A DNA stretch of 64,000 bases. Source: Bacteroidales bacterium (lineage in GTDB: Bacteria > Bacteroidota > Bacteroidia > Bacteroidales > ML635J-15). Positions 20,722-29,229 of this stretch are shown here, in pieces. The translations under genes and the position numbers were made by a program. The notes below the pieces were generated by a model. The model ran no database searches. It had not been told where the DNA came from and worked only from the letters and a program-made list of their open reading frames with translations. Within the stretch, counting starts at the first letter, position 1; the number at the start of each line of letters is the position of its first letter. Location of the stretch: contig JAFGVU010000045.1 in assembly GCA_016937855.1 (NCBI GenBank), forward strand, positions 2,045 to 66,044. Direction: 5' to 3'.

Positions 20722-20873
20722 AATTAATAATTTTGAATTAATAAATTAATTACTTTTGCGGTGCAAATTAACGAAAATCATTTATTACAGTCAAAACTTT
20801 TAACAATATTTTTATCAACAATTTTTGTAAGTGTCTGATTTTCAACACTTAAGATGCAAAGAAATATCAGTTT

Positions 20874-21464
20874 ATGAAAAACACAGTCAATTTAGCCCTA
20901 TTTGCCTCAGGATCAGGCACTAACGTCGAAAACATAATTCATTATTTTAATGATTATTCAACAATTAATGTTTGCTGTATTCTATGCAATAACAGCAATG
21001 CAGGAGTTATTGAACGAGCTAATAGACTTGGTGTAGATATTTTGGTCTTTAATAGGGCAAATTTCTATGATTCGGACATCGTAATCGACTATTTACGTCA
21101 TAAAAACGTTGATTTAATTGTTCTTGCGGGATTTTTATGGCTCATTCCCGAAAAAATTATTGTATCGTATAATAATAAAATCATAAATATCCACCCTGCC
21201 TTATTGCCAAAATATGGTGGTAAAGGTATGTATGGAAATGCTGTCCATAAAGCTGTTTTTGAAAATAAAGATGAATATACGGGTATAACCATACATTATG
21301 TAAATAAAGACTACGACAAAGGAGATATTATTTTTCAGGAAAGCATTAAAATTGATGCGGAAGACAGCCCTGATTCTATTGCCGACAAGGTTCACAAGTT
21401 AGAATATACATATTATCCTACAATAATTAAAAAAATAGCAGTAAATTTGCAACATAACAATTGA
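20874..21464 (+). CDS. purN: Phosphoribosylglycinamide formyltransferase
   Basis: ASGSGTN, INIHPALLPKYGG, YDKGDII. Confidence 0.95.
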   Translation: MKNTVNLALFASGSGTNVENIIHYFNDYSTINVCCILCNNSNAGVIERANRLGVDILVFNRANFYDSDIVIDYLRHKNVDLIVLAGFLWLIPEKIIVSYNNKIINIHPALLPKYGGKGMYGNAVHKAVFENKDEYTGITIHYVNKDYDKGDIIFQESIKIDAEDSPDSIADKVHKLEYTYYPTIIKKIAVNLQHNN

Positions 21465-21529
21465 TTATTAACTGCAGAAGAATCTCAAAATTATAATCGA
21501 GATAAATATCTGCATCAAAATATTTACGT

Positions 21530-22573
21530 ATGATGAACATTTTTAAACAACTAATTGTATTTGGTTTATTATTAATAAGTATAAACTTGTTTTCTCAAAT
21601 CCCTGCAGGGTATTACGATAGTGCGGAAGGGCTTGAAGATGAACTGTTAAGACAAGCCTTACATAATATTATTGATGATCACGACCCTGTATCGTATGAT
21701 GATTTGTGGGATGTTTACGAGGACTCAGACAAACGAGCCGATGGTAAAGTTTGGGATATGTATTCTACATGTAATTTCAACTTTGGATCTGATCAATGTG
21801 GAAATTATCAAAATATTTGCGACTGTTTTAATCGCGAACACACAGTACCTCAAAGTTGGTTTAATGATGCCAGCCCTATGGTTACCGATGCCCATCATGT
21901 TGTTCCCACAGACGGCAAGGTTAATGGGTATAGATCAAATTGGCCATATGGAGAATGTACATCAGGGACCAGTTATGGTACAGGACGATTAGGCTCGTGC
22001 ACCTACCCGGGTTATAGCGGGACAGTTTTTGAACCTGATGATGAGTATAAAGGAGATTTTGCAAGAATTTACTTTTATATGGCTACTCGTTATATGGATG
22101 TAATGTCAAGCTGGCCCGGCGGAGCTTCGTTTAGCGGTAATAATTTTAGCGAATGGACAAGAAAAATGTTGCTTGATTGGCACCACGACGACCCCGTTTC
22201 ACCAAAGGAAGTTGCTCGCAATAACGCAGTATATTCGCATCAAGATAACAGAAATCCATTTATCGACAATCCAATATGGGCAGATGCTATTTGGGATCCG
22301 GACTACATGCCAAGTTTTACAGCAATTTCTGAATCATATTTTGCAGTTTATCCAAATCCGGCAAAAGATTTCCTAGAAATTAAACAAAATATTATTCTTC
22401 ACGGACAGTCTGTCGTAATTATGTCTGACGTAAGCGGTAGAGTAATTGTAGAATCAAAGTTAGAAAATAATTTACAAATAGATTTGTCGAAATTCCCTGA
22501 AGGCCTATACATTATTTCCATTATTAATAATGGAAAACAGGTCTATTGCAAAAAGATTAGTGTTATCAGATAG
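21530..22573 (+). CDS. Secreted endonuclease I family nuclease with T9SS type A C-terminal domain
   Basis: NREHTVPQSWF, VNGYRSN, KGDFARIYFY, RNPFID; C-terminal VYPNPA...GLYII. Confidence 0.9.
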   Translation: MMNIFKQLIVFGLLLISINLFSQIPAGYYDSAEGLEDELLRQALHNIIDDHDPVSYDDLWDVYEDSDKRADGKVWDMYSTCNFNFGSDQCGNYQNICDCFNREHTVPQSWFNDASPMVTDAHHVVPTDGKVNGYRSNWPYGECTSGTSYGTGRLGSCTYPGYSGTVFEPDDEYKGDFARIYFYMATRYMDVMSSWPGGASFSGNNFSEWTRKMLLDWHHDDPVSPKEVARNNAVYSHQDNRNPFIDNPIWADAIWDPDYMPSFTAISESYFAVYPNPAKDFLEIKQNIILHGQSVVIMSDVSGRVIVESKLENNLQIDLSKFPEGLYIISIINNGKQVYCKKISVIR

Positions 22574-22666
22574 TTCCTCTAATTCTCAGTTTGTGTACAA
22601 AAAGTATTAGGTTTCTACCTCACTAAACTTTTTTATTGTTTATACAACAATATTCTCCATTTTTTA

Positions 22667-22674
22667 TAAGTTTG
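22667..22674 (+). promoter_or_regulatory. -7 promoter element upstream of riboflavin synthase
   Basis: TAAGTTTG matches TAnnTTTG. Confidence 0.5.
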
Positions 22675-22700
22675 TAAATTAAATTTTAAAACTTAAAATT

Positions 22701-23312
22701 ATGTTTTCAGGTATAGTAGAAGAAACCGCAAAAATCGTAAAAATCGAGCAAGACAAAACAAATTTTCACTATTATCTTAACTGTTCGTTTGCCGACCAGT
22801 TAAAAATAGATCAAAGTGTTGCACATAACGGAGTTTGTCTCACGGTTGTTGATGTTGACAAAAACGAAAAAGTTTACAAAGTAACTGCTGTTCAGGAAAC
22901 ACTCGACAAGTCAAACCTGGGCTTACTAAATGTTGGCGATAAAGTAAACATCGAACGCAGTATGACAATGGACAAACTTCTCGATGGACACATGGTTCAA
23001 GGTCATGTTGATCAAACAGCTGTGTGCACTGAGATTAAAGAAGTGGACGGAAGCTGGTATTTTACTTTTCAATATGATAAATCGAAAGGAAATATTACTG
23101 TAGAAAAAGGATCTGTTTCTGTAAATGGTGTTAGTTTAACAGTGGTTAATTCCAGAGATGATAAATTCTCAGTAGCAATTATTCCTTTTACATACGATGT
23201 TACAAATTTTCATACCTTTAAATTAGGTAGCGTTGTAAATCTCGAATTCGATATTATTGGCAAATACATTCAAAAAATAATGGCTGGATATCTTGAGAAT
23301 TTGCAAAAATAA
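22701..23312 (+). CDS. ribE: Riboflavin synthase (alpha chain; RibE/RibC nomenclature varies)
   Basis: MFSGIVE, NGVCLTV, GHMVQGHVD, VNLEFD. Confidence 0.95.
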   Translation: MFSGIVEETAKIVKIEQDKTNFHYYLNCSFADQLKIDQSVAHNGVCLTVVDVDKNEKVYKVTAVQETLDKSNLGLLNVGDKVNIERSMTMDKLLDGHMVQGHVDQTAVCTEIKEVDGSWYFTFQYDKSKGNITVEKGSVSVNGVSLTVVNSRDDKFSVAIIPFTYDVTNFHTFKLGSVVNLEFDIIGKYIQKIMAGYLENLQK

Positions 23313-23540
23313 AATTCAAAAATTCAAAATCCAAAATTCTAAATCCTAAAATCTAAAACCTAAATTCAAAAATTCAAAATCCAAAATTCTAAATCCTAAA
23401 ATCTAAAACCTAAATTCAAAAATTCAAAATCCAAAATTCTAAACTCAAAACTATAAATTCTAAACTATAAACACTAAACACTCATAACTTTAGGCACTCA
23501 AGGCACTTTAAAAACTCAAAACTCTATACACTCATAACTA
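23312..23540 (+). repeat. Left tandem array of heptamer units (AAATTCA/AAATTCT/AAATCCT type) with exact 50-bp higher-order repeat, degrading into 7/9-mers
   Basis: 23312-23443 repeats exactly with period 50 (about 2.6 copies), then AAACTCA AAACTAT AAATTCT AAACTAT AAACACT AAACACT CATAACT TTAGGCACT CAAGGCACT. Confidence 0.95.
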
Positions 23541-23551
23541 AAAATATAAGA

Positions 23552-23932
23552 ATGGAATTTAACGAGCCAAATGTGATATATAACTTAGAAGAAAGGACAT
23601 TACAATTTGCGAAAAGAGTAAGGGCCTTTACAAAAAAACTTCCAAGGAGTATTGAAAATATTGAAGATATTAAGCAACTCACAAAAGCATCAGGCTCGCA
23701 AGGAGCAAACTATATAGAAGCAAATGAAAGCATAAGTAAAAAAGACTTTGTTTACAGAATAAAAATAAGCAGAAAAGAAGCAAAAGAAAGTGGTTTCTTC
23801 CTTAAACTAGTTGACACAAATAATGATGTTGAATTAGAAAATGAGAGGCAATCATTGATTCAGGAAGCAGTTGAATTAACAAAAATATTCGGTTCGATAG
23901 TTACTAAAACCGAACGAAATTTAATCCAATAA
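23552..23932 (+). CDS. Four helix bundle protein (23S rRNA intervening-sequence protein / Avd-like family)
   Basis: LEERT..FA, QLTKASGSQGANYIEA, SKKDFVYRIKISRKEAKES, ELTKIFGSI pattern typical of TIGR02436-like proteins. Confidence 0.9.
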   Translation: MEFNEPNVIYNLEERTLQFAKRVRAFTKKLPRSIENIEDIKQLTKASGSQGANYIEANESISKKDFVYRIKISRKEAKESGFFLKLVDTNNDVELENERQSLIQEAVELTKIFGSIVTKTERNLIQ

Positions 23933-23974
23933 CTTTAATCACAGAATGTCTGGAAAGTTTCACATAATTTTACA

Positions 23975-23982
23975 TACTTTTG
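23975..23982 (+). promoter_or_regulatory. -7 promoter element upstream of the flippase
   Basis: TACTTTTG matches TAnnTTTG; predicted start near 23988-23990. Confidence 0.45.
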
Positions 23983-23987
23983 ATTAT

Positions 23988-24020
23988 TGTTTAGAATTTT
24001 GAGTTTAGAATTTTGAATTT
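23988..24020 (-). repeat. Right heptamer array, inverted relative to the left array
   Basis: Reverse complement reads AAATTCA AAATTCT AAACTCA AAATTCT AAACA; 23997-24015 is a perfect 19-nt inverted copy of 23432-23450. Confidence 0.85.
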
Positions 24021-25332
24021 AAAAAAACATATTACCAACGTTAGAGCCCTGCAGTTCTTTCAGATATTTCGATTCGGAGTATTATTATTAATTAGTATTA
24101 TTTTTACTAAATCCGATTTGGGTATTGGTCAGATCGGAGTTTACGAAACTTTCTTATTAATTGCAGGTGCTGTTAGTTTCTTTTGGATTGGAGGAATGTT
24201 GCAATCGTTATTAAGTATATCAGAAAACAACAAGAGTTTTGGAACAGAAAAAAACTCTCCGGTTTTCTTTAATACCTTTTTACTATTTACGATTTTTAGC
24301 GCATTTGCGGCAATTGTAGTATATGTCATGCAGCCGGTTTTTGCCGACATGTTTAGCCTAAACGGACATCAAATACCTTACATGAAAATTTTATTCATGT
24401 ATATTATTGTCTCAGGCCCTGTAAATTTGATTGAGTATATCTATTTATTGCGGAATAAGAGTTTAAATATTCTATTATACGGCATATTAACATTTGGAGC
24501 TCAACTTTTTTGTGTAACCGTACCAATACTTTTAGGTTACGATCTTGGATACGGCCTATACGGACTGGTACTTATTAATATTATCCGATTTATCTGGCTA
24601 GTTATCATTGTTTTTAAATACTCTCGAATACAATTCTCCTTTGAGTACATAAAAGAATATTTAATATTATCGACACCATTGGTTTTAAGCATATTAATAA
24701 GTGGAAGCGCTCAATACATAGATAGCTTCATAATATCATACAAATACGACGAAGCAACTTTTGCTGTTTTCAGATACGGAGCAAGAGAACTCCCTTTTAT
24801 TGTATTACTCATATCTGCATTTGGAAATGCAATGACTCCCAGATTTTCGAACCCATCAAATATAAATTCTGCCAGTACTGAATTAAAAAGCGGGACAAAG
24901 CGCCTGATGCATTTTTTATTCCCAACATCTATCCTCTTTATTTTAACAAGTAAATACCTTTATCCTATAGTTTTTAGTCCGGAATTTGGCGAAAGTGCTA
25001 TAATATTTAACATCTATATTCTGATAGTTGTAACGCGGTTTGTCTTTGCCAGAATAATACTAATTGGCCTTAAAAAAACAAAAACCATATTTTATTCTTC
25101 GATAATAGAAATCGTTCTTAATGTTGCTTTAAGCTTATTGTTTATTCAGTATTGGGGAATAGCCGGAGTAGCATACGCAACAGTAGTTTCCTACATTATT
25201 GAAAAGCTATACCTTGTAATTGTTTTATCAAAAAAATACAAAATCGACTTAATACAATATTTAGACATAAAAGTTTATCTAATTTATTCAACAATTTTGA
25301 TTTTAGCATTTATTTTAAGCATATTTCTTTAA
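24013..25332 (+). CDS. Oligosaccharide flippase / MATE-like polysaccharide exporter
   Basis: About 12 TM segments, FAVFRYGARELP, WGIAGVAYAT; TTG start. Confidence 0.8.
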   Translation: MNLKKHITNVRALQFFQIFRFGVLLLISIIFTKSDLGIGQIGVYETFLLIAGAVSFFWIGGMLQSLLSISENNKSFGTEKNSPVFFNTFLLFTIFSAFAAIVVYVMQPVFADMFSLNGHQIPYMKILFMYIIVSGPVNLIEYIYLLRNKSLNILLYGILTFGAQLFCVTVPILLGYDLGYGLYGLVLINIIRFIWLVIIVFKYSRIQFSFEYIKEYLILSTPLVLSILISGSAQYIDSFIISYKYDEATFAVFRYGARELPFIVLLISAFGNAMTPRFSNPSNINSASTELKSGTKRLMHFLFPTSILFILTSKYLYPIVFSPEFGESAIIFNIYILIVVTRFVFARIILIGLKKTKTIFYSSIIEIVLNVALSLLFIQYWGIAGVAYATVVSYIIEKLYLVIVLSKKYKIDLIQYLDIKVYLIYSTILILAFILSIFL

Positions 25333-25341
25333 TATTCAGAG

Positions 25342-26922
25342 ATGGTTAATGTTATAATACAAGAGAACAAAACATTTACCTGGTTTAATTCAGGGAAATA
25401 CTATTTTATCGGTTACGTGTTTGATGATCATGACACACTGCTGATAGAGCAACAGGCTATTGATTATTTGACTAAATATCAACTTAACAAATCTATTGCC
25501 ATCGGCTTGTACACTCTAATTGAGATAAACGAAAAGGCTATCCACATTTTTACCGATTCAATTAATTATTTCCCGGTTTTCTATTATTTTGACTCAGGAA
25601 TTTGGGTATTAAGTAATAGTTTTGATAAAATAATTACGCATAAAGGAGAATTCAATCCAAATTCAGATGCAGAACAAGAATTTCTTATGGGAGGATTTGT
25701 CTTAGGATCTGAAAGCTTAGATAAAAGTATAAAAAGAACTCAAGCCGGAGAAAAACTAGTTCTCACTCCTGACGGCAAAATTCAAAAACATAATGTTTGG
25801 TTTTTCTCAGATTCTGATAAAAATGAAGCCAATTACTCTGAATTGATTACTGAAACAAAAACACAAATAGATAATTCTGCAAAAAGAATGATAAAATTCT
25901 TGAATGGCAGAACTGCAATTTTACCTCTAAGCGGTGGTTTCGACAGCCGACTAATTGCATGCATGCTAAAGCAAAATAACTATAATAACGTTATTTGTTT
26001 TACTTATGGACAATACAATGCCGAAGTTCCGATTAGTAAAAAAGTTGCCGAAATTCTTGAGTATAATTGGTATTTTATTGATTACAAAGATTTGGAAATA
26101 ACTAATTTTCAAAAAGAAAAAGATTTTATTCAATACTTTAGTAACGCCGGCAATGGTTTTGCAATGCCATATCTCCAAGAATACTTTGCTGTTAGAGAAT
26201 TAAAAAAACAAAATCTAATTCCTGAAGATTCTGTCTTTCTGCCTGGTCATTCAGGCGATTTTTTGGGAGGAAGCTACGTAAAAAAAACAGTAAAAACGAA
26301 AACATATATCGCTAACCTCTACAAACATATTTTAAAAAAATACTTTGTCTTTTTTAACCTAAAAAACTCCTATGTAATTGAACAGAGGATTAGTAATAAT
26401 TTAAAGGGATACGATTGTAAAACCGACCCACACATTCCTTATAAAACAATTATTGAAGATTGGGATGTAAAAGAGAAGTTATCTAAATTCATTTTCAATT
26501 CATCTCTCGTATTTAATTACTTTGGATATCAACATTATTTTCCTCTTTGGGATACTCAGTTGGTAAAACATTTCAGCTCCTTAGATTACAAATATCGTGA
26601 AAACAAAATGCTTTACGACGAAACACTTATATTGAATTATTTTAAACCATTTGGGGTTTATTTTGAATCTGATGAGTTGTCCGTATCCCGTTTTAAAAAA
26701 TCAATTCAAAAAACAAAAGATTTTTTGCGAAGACTTGTACCTTGGAAAATTGTTTATAAACGAATGTTAAAAACTGATTGGATTTATTATTCAGCTTTTT
26801 GTTCAGAATTGGAAAAAGAAATGATTTACAAAGGACAACCTAAAATAAAAAACTATAAATATTTTAATGCCGTAATATGTAAATATTACTTATTTTGGTT
26901 AGGTTTCTACAATAAAGACTAA
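25342..26922 (+). CDS. Asparagine synthase-related (PP-loop) protein, probably glycan amidation
   Basis: LPLSGGFDSR PP-loop, CFTYG, PGHSGDFLGG. Confidence 0.8.
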   Translation: MVNVIIQENKTFTWFNSGKYYFIGYVFDDHDTLLIEQQAIDYLTKYQLNKSIAIGLYTLIEINEKAIHIFTDSINYFPVFYYFDSGIWVLSNSFDKIITHKGEFNPNSDAEQEFLMGGFVLGSESLDKSIKRTQAGEKLVLTPDGKIQKHNVWFFSDSDKNEANYSELITETKTQIDNSAKRMIKFLNGRTAILPLSGGFDSRLIACMLKQNNYNNVICFTYGQYNAEVPISKKVAEILEYNWYFIDYKDLEITNFQKEKDFIQYFSNAGNGFAMPYLQEYFAVRELKKQNLIPEDSVFLPGHSGDFLGGSYVKKTVKTKTYIANLYKHILKKYFVFFNLKNSYVIEQRISNNLKGYDCKTDPHIPYKTIIEDWDVKEKLSKFIFNSSLVFNYFGYQHYFPLWDTQLVKHFSSLDYKYRENKMLYDETLILNYFKPFGVYFESDELSVSRFKKSIQKTKDFLRRLVPWKIVYKRMLKTDWIYYSAFCSELEKEMIYKGQPKIKNYKYFNAVICKYYLFWLGFYNKD

Positions 26923-28541
26923 TATACTTTACGGTCGGACATTAAGATATTTACTGCTGAATCCAGAGCAACATCATATTCGTTTGCAACTTCGTAAAAT
27001 GCATCATCTCCAAGAACCATTCGTGCAATATAAGCAACAACACCATTTTCAATATATTTTCCGGATATTGCTACATCAGAGGACTTTGCATTTATTCCTT
27101 GTAATGCTATAAACTGCCAAAATTTGCCATATACATTCCTAGTACTCAAGAACAATTTGAGCTCCTCGAGACTTTCGATTTCATCTAGCTCCGTCCTATG
27201 ATTATCTACATATTCTATGGCAAAATAGTACTCAAGATTTGCTCTTGATATGTTTGCATAAAGATTAGAGTATCCGATTGTGTCAATTGGAACAAAAACA
27301 TCTGGCATAATTCCGCCACCACCGTAAACAGCTCTGCCTTTATTAGTATAGTAAATAAGTGAATCTATTTGATGAATACTGTCTGCTTCCAAAAACTCGC
27401 CATGAGCATACCTATTATAGATGTCAGAATAATACTCATCAATGCCTTCGTCATACGACTTTTGAATGCACCTCCCCGAAGGAGTATAGTATCTGGCAGT
27501 TGTTAATCTAATAATTGAACCATCGTCAAAAGTGGTTGATTCTTGAACAAGTCCTTTTCCGTATGATCTTCTCCCTACCACAAAACCTCTGTCATTATCC
27601 TGAATTGCTCCGGCTACTATTTCGGAGGCAGAGGCAGAAAACTCATCAATCAATACTACGATATCTAAATCGAGACATGCACTTCTTTTCTTTGTAGAGC
27701 TTATTACATTTTTTGGTCGGGAGTTCCCCTCGGTATAAACCAAAGTCTTTCCACTTTCAAAAAACTCGTCTATAATATCAGTTGCAGAGTTAAGGTAACC
27801 TCCCGAGTTATTCCTCAAGTCAATAATTACCGACTCAATTCCTTTTCTTCGCATTTTAAAAACAGCATCAATAAACTGATTATGAGTGTTTCTTGAAAAT
27901 GTACTAATTTTGACATAGCCTATTTTCTCATCGATAATATAAAAACCATCGATACTTCTCAAAGGAATACTACCCCTAACCACATTATATTCAATCAAAT
28001 TGTCCTGGTCTTTTCTCTTAACCTTAAGCTTTACTTTTGTCCCCGAGGTACCTTTTAACATCGACATTACATCATTATTAGTTATGCCAATACCTGCAAT
28101 AATTGAGTCATTCACCATTACTATTCGGTCACCATCTTTTAATCCGTATTTTTCGGAAGGTCCACCAGGGATAACGCTAACTACTAAAACTGTATCTCGA
28201 AAAATATTAAACTGCACGCCTATTCCGCTAAATTCTCCTTGCAATTCTTCCTCAACAGCTTTTGCCTCATCGGCTGTAAAGTAAACAGTATGTGGATCAA
28301 GAGTTTCAAGAAACTTTGGGATAGCAATTTCTGCAAGATAATCTCTATCAACTTTATCAACATATTCGTTGGCAACATAATCGACAACCATATTTAACTT
28401 ATCTTTTGGAGGAGATATTAATATGCTTTTTGAGGTATTTCCCTTATTTAAAACTTCGGCAATTATAATTCCCAACACAATAGAAAAAGATATCACCAAA
28501 GGTAAAACGATGCTAAATCGAGTGTTTTTATATTTATTCAT
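26919..28541 (-). CDS. S41 family carboxyl-terminal processing protease with PDZ domain
   Basis: LDPH, GIGV, IDLRNNSGG, SASASEIVAGAIQD, GKGLVQ. Confidence 0.93.
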   Translation of the reverse strand: MNKYKNTRFSIVLPLVISFSIVLGIIIAEVLNKGNTSKSILISPPKDKLNMVVDYVANEYVDKVDRDYLAEIAIPKFLETLDPHTVYFTADEAKAVEEELQGEFSGIGVQFNIFRDTVLVVSVIPGGPSEKYGLKDGDRIVMVNDSIIAGIGITNNDVMSMLKGTSGTKVKLKVKRKDQDNLIEYNVVRGSIPLRSIDGFYIIDEKIGYVKISTFSRNTHNQFIDAVFKMRRKGIESVIIDLRNNSGGYLNSATDIIDEFFESGKTLVYTEGNSRPKNVISSTKKRSACLDLDIVVLIDEFSASASEIVAGAIQDNDRGFVVGRRSYGKGLVQESTTFDDGSIIRLTTARYYTPSGRCIQKSYDEGIDEYYSDIYNRYAHGEFLEADSIHQIDSLIYYTNKGRAVYGGGGIMPDVFVPIDTIGYSNLYANISRANLEYYFAIEYVDNHRTELDEIESLEELKLFLSTRNVYGKFWQFIALQGINAKSSDVAISGKYIENGVVAYIARMVLGDDAFYEVANEYDVALDSAVNILMSDRKVY

Positions 28542-28980
28542 CTTCTGAAAAATTTATCACTTCAATTCCGGCACGCCTAAGCAAATCTAAACCTTCGGTG
28601 TTGTGATACTCGTTTAAGTACACAACTCGTTCCACTCCTGCCTGAATAATTAGTTTTGCACATTCAATACATGGCGATGTTGTAACATAAAGAGTTGCAC
28701 CGCAAGAATTGTTGCCAGATTTTGCCACTTTCGTAATAGCATTTGCTTCGGCATGCAAAACATAAGGTTTTGTCTTAAAATCGACATCCTCACATTCATT
28801 TTCAAATCCGGCTGGGGTTCCATTATAGCCATCCGAAATTATCATTCGATCTTTTACAATTAGCGCACCGACCTGACGACGTTTGCAATAAGAATTTTTA
28901 GACCAAATCGAAGCCATCTCTAGATAGTGTTTATCAAACTGCTTTTGCTTTTCTTCCGATTTTTTGATACTCATAACCAT
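28534..28980 (-). CDS. dCMP deaminase family protein
   Basis: HAEANAI and SPCIEC zinc motifs. Confidence 0.93.
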   Translation of the reverse strand: MVMSIKKSEEKQKQFDKHYLEMASIWSKNSYCKRRQVGALIVKDRMIISDGYNGTPAGFENECEDVDFKTKPYVLHAEANAITKVAKSGNNSCGATLYVTTSPCIECAKLIIQAGVERVVYLNEYHNTEGLDLLRRAGIEVINFSEDE

Positions 28981-28989
28981 AATATTAAT

Positions 28990-29013
28990 AAAAAAACCCC
29001 TCTTAAGAGGGGG
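28990..29013 (-). terminator. Terminator after tRNA-Leu
   Basis: CCCCTC-TTAA-GAGGGG hairpin followed by T7 on the minus strand. Confidence 0.8.
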
Positions 29014-29015
29014 TG

Positions 29016-29098
29016 TACCCGGGGCCGGGGTCGAACCGGCACTCCAAAAAGGAACTGGTGTTTGAGACCAGCGCGTCTACCAATTCCGCCACCCGGGC
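29016..29098 (-). tRNA. tRNA-Leu(CAA), CCA not encoded
   Basis: GCCCGGGTGGCGGAATTGGTAGACGCG-CTGGT-CTCAAAC-ACCAG, long variable arm, GGTTCGACCC T-arm, acceptor CCCGGGT-A. Confidence 0.95.
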
Positions 29099-29110
29099 TC
29101 TTTTGTGCTG

Positions 29111-29118
29111 CAAAGATA
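29111..29118 (-). promoter_or_regulatory. -7 promoter element of tRNA-Leu
   Basis: Minus strand TATCTTTG, 12 nt upstream of the tRNA. Confidence 0.65.
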
Positions 29119-29229
29119 ATATTTTTTTTAATGCACAAGATTTTTTTTCAAATTTTGTGATTATTGAGCATTCGATATGTCTAAATTGTTTATTTTTGAA
29201 CTTATTGTTAAAATAATAAATTCTATGCA

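Noticed and set aside
23312-23443. 50-bp repeats as a CRISPR array
   Set aside because: Copies are head-to-tail with no unique spacers, low complexity, and no cas genes in the window
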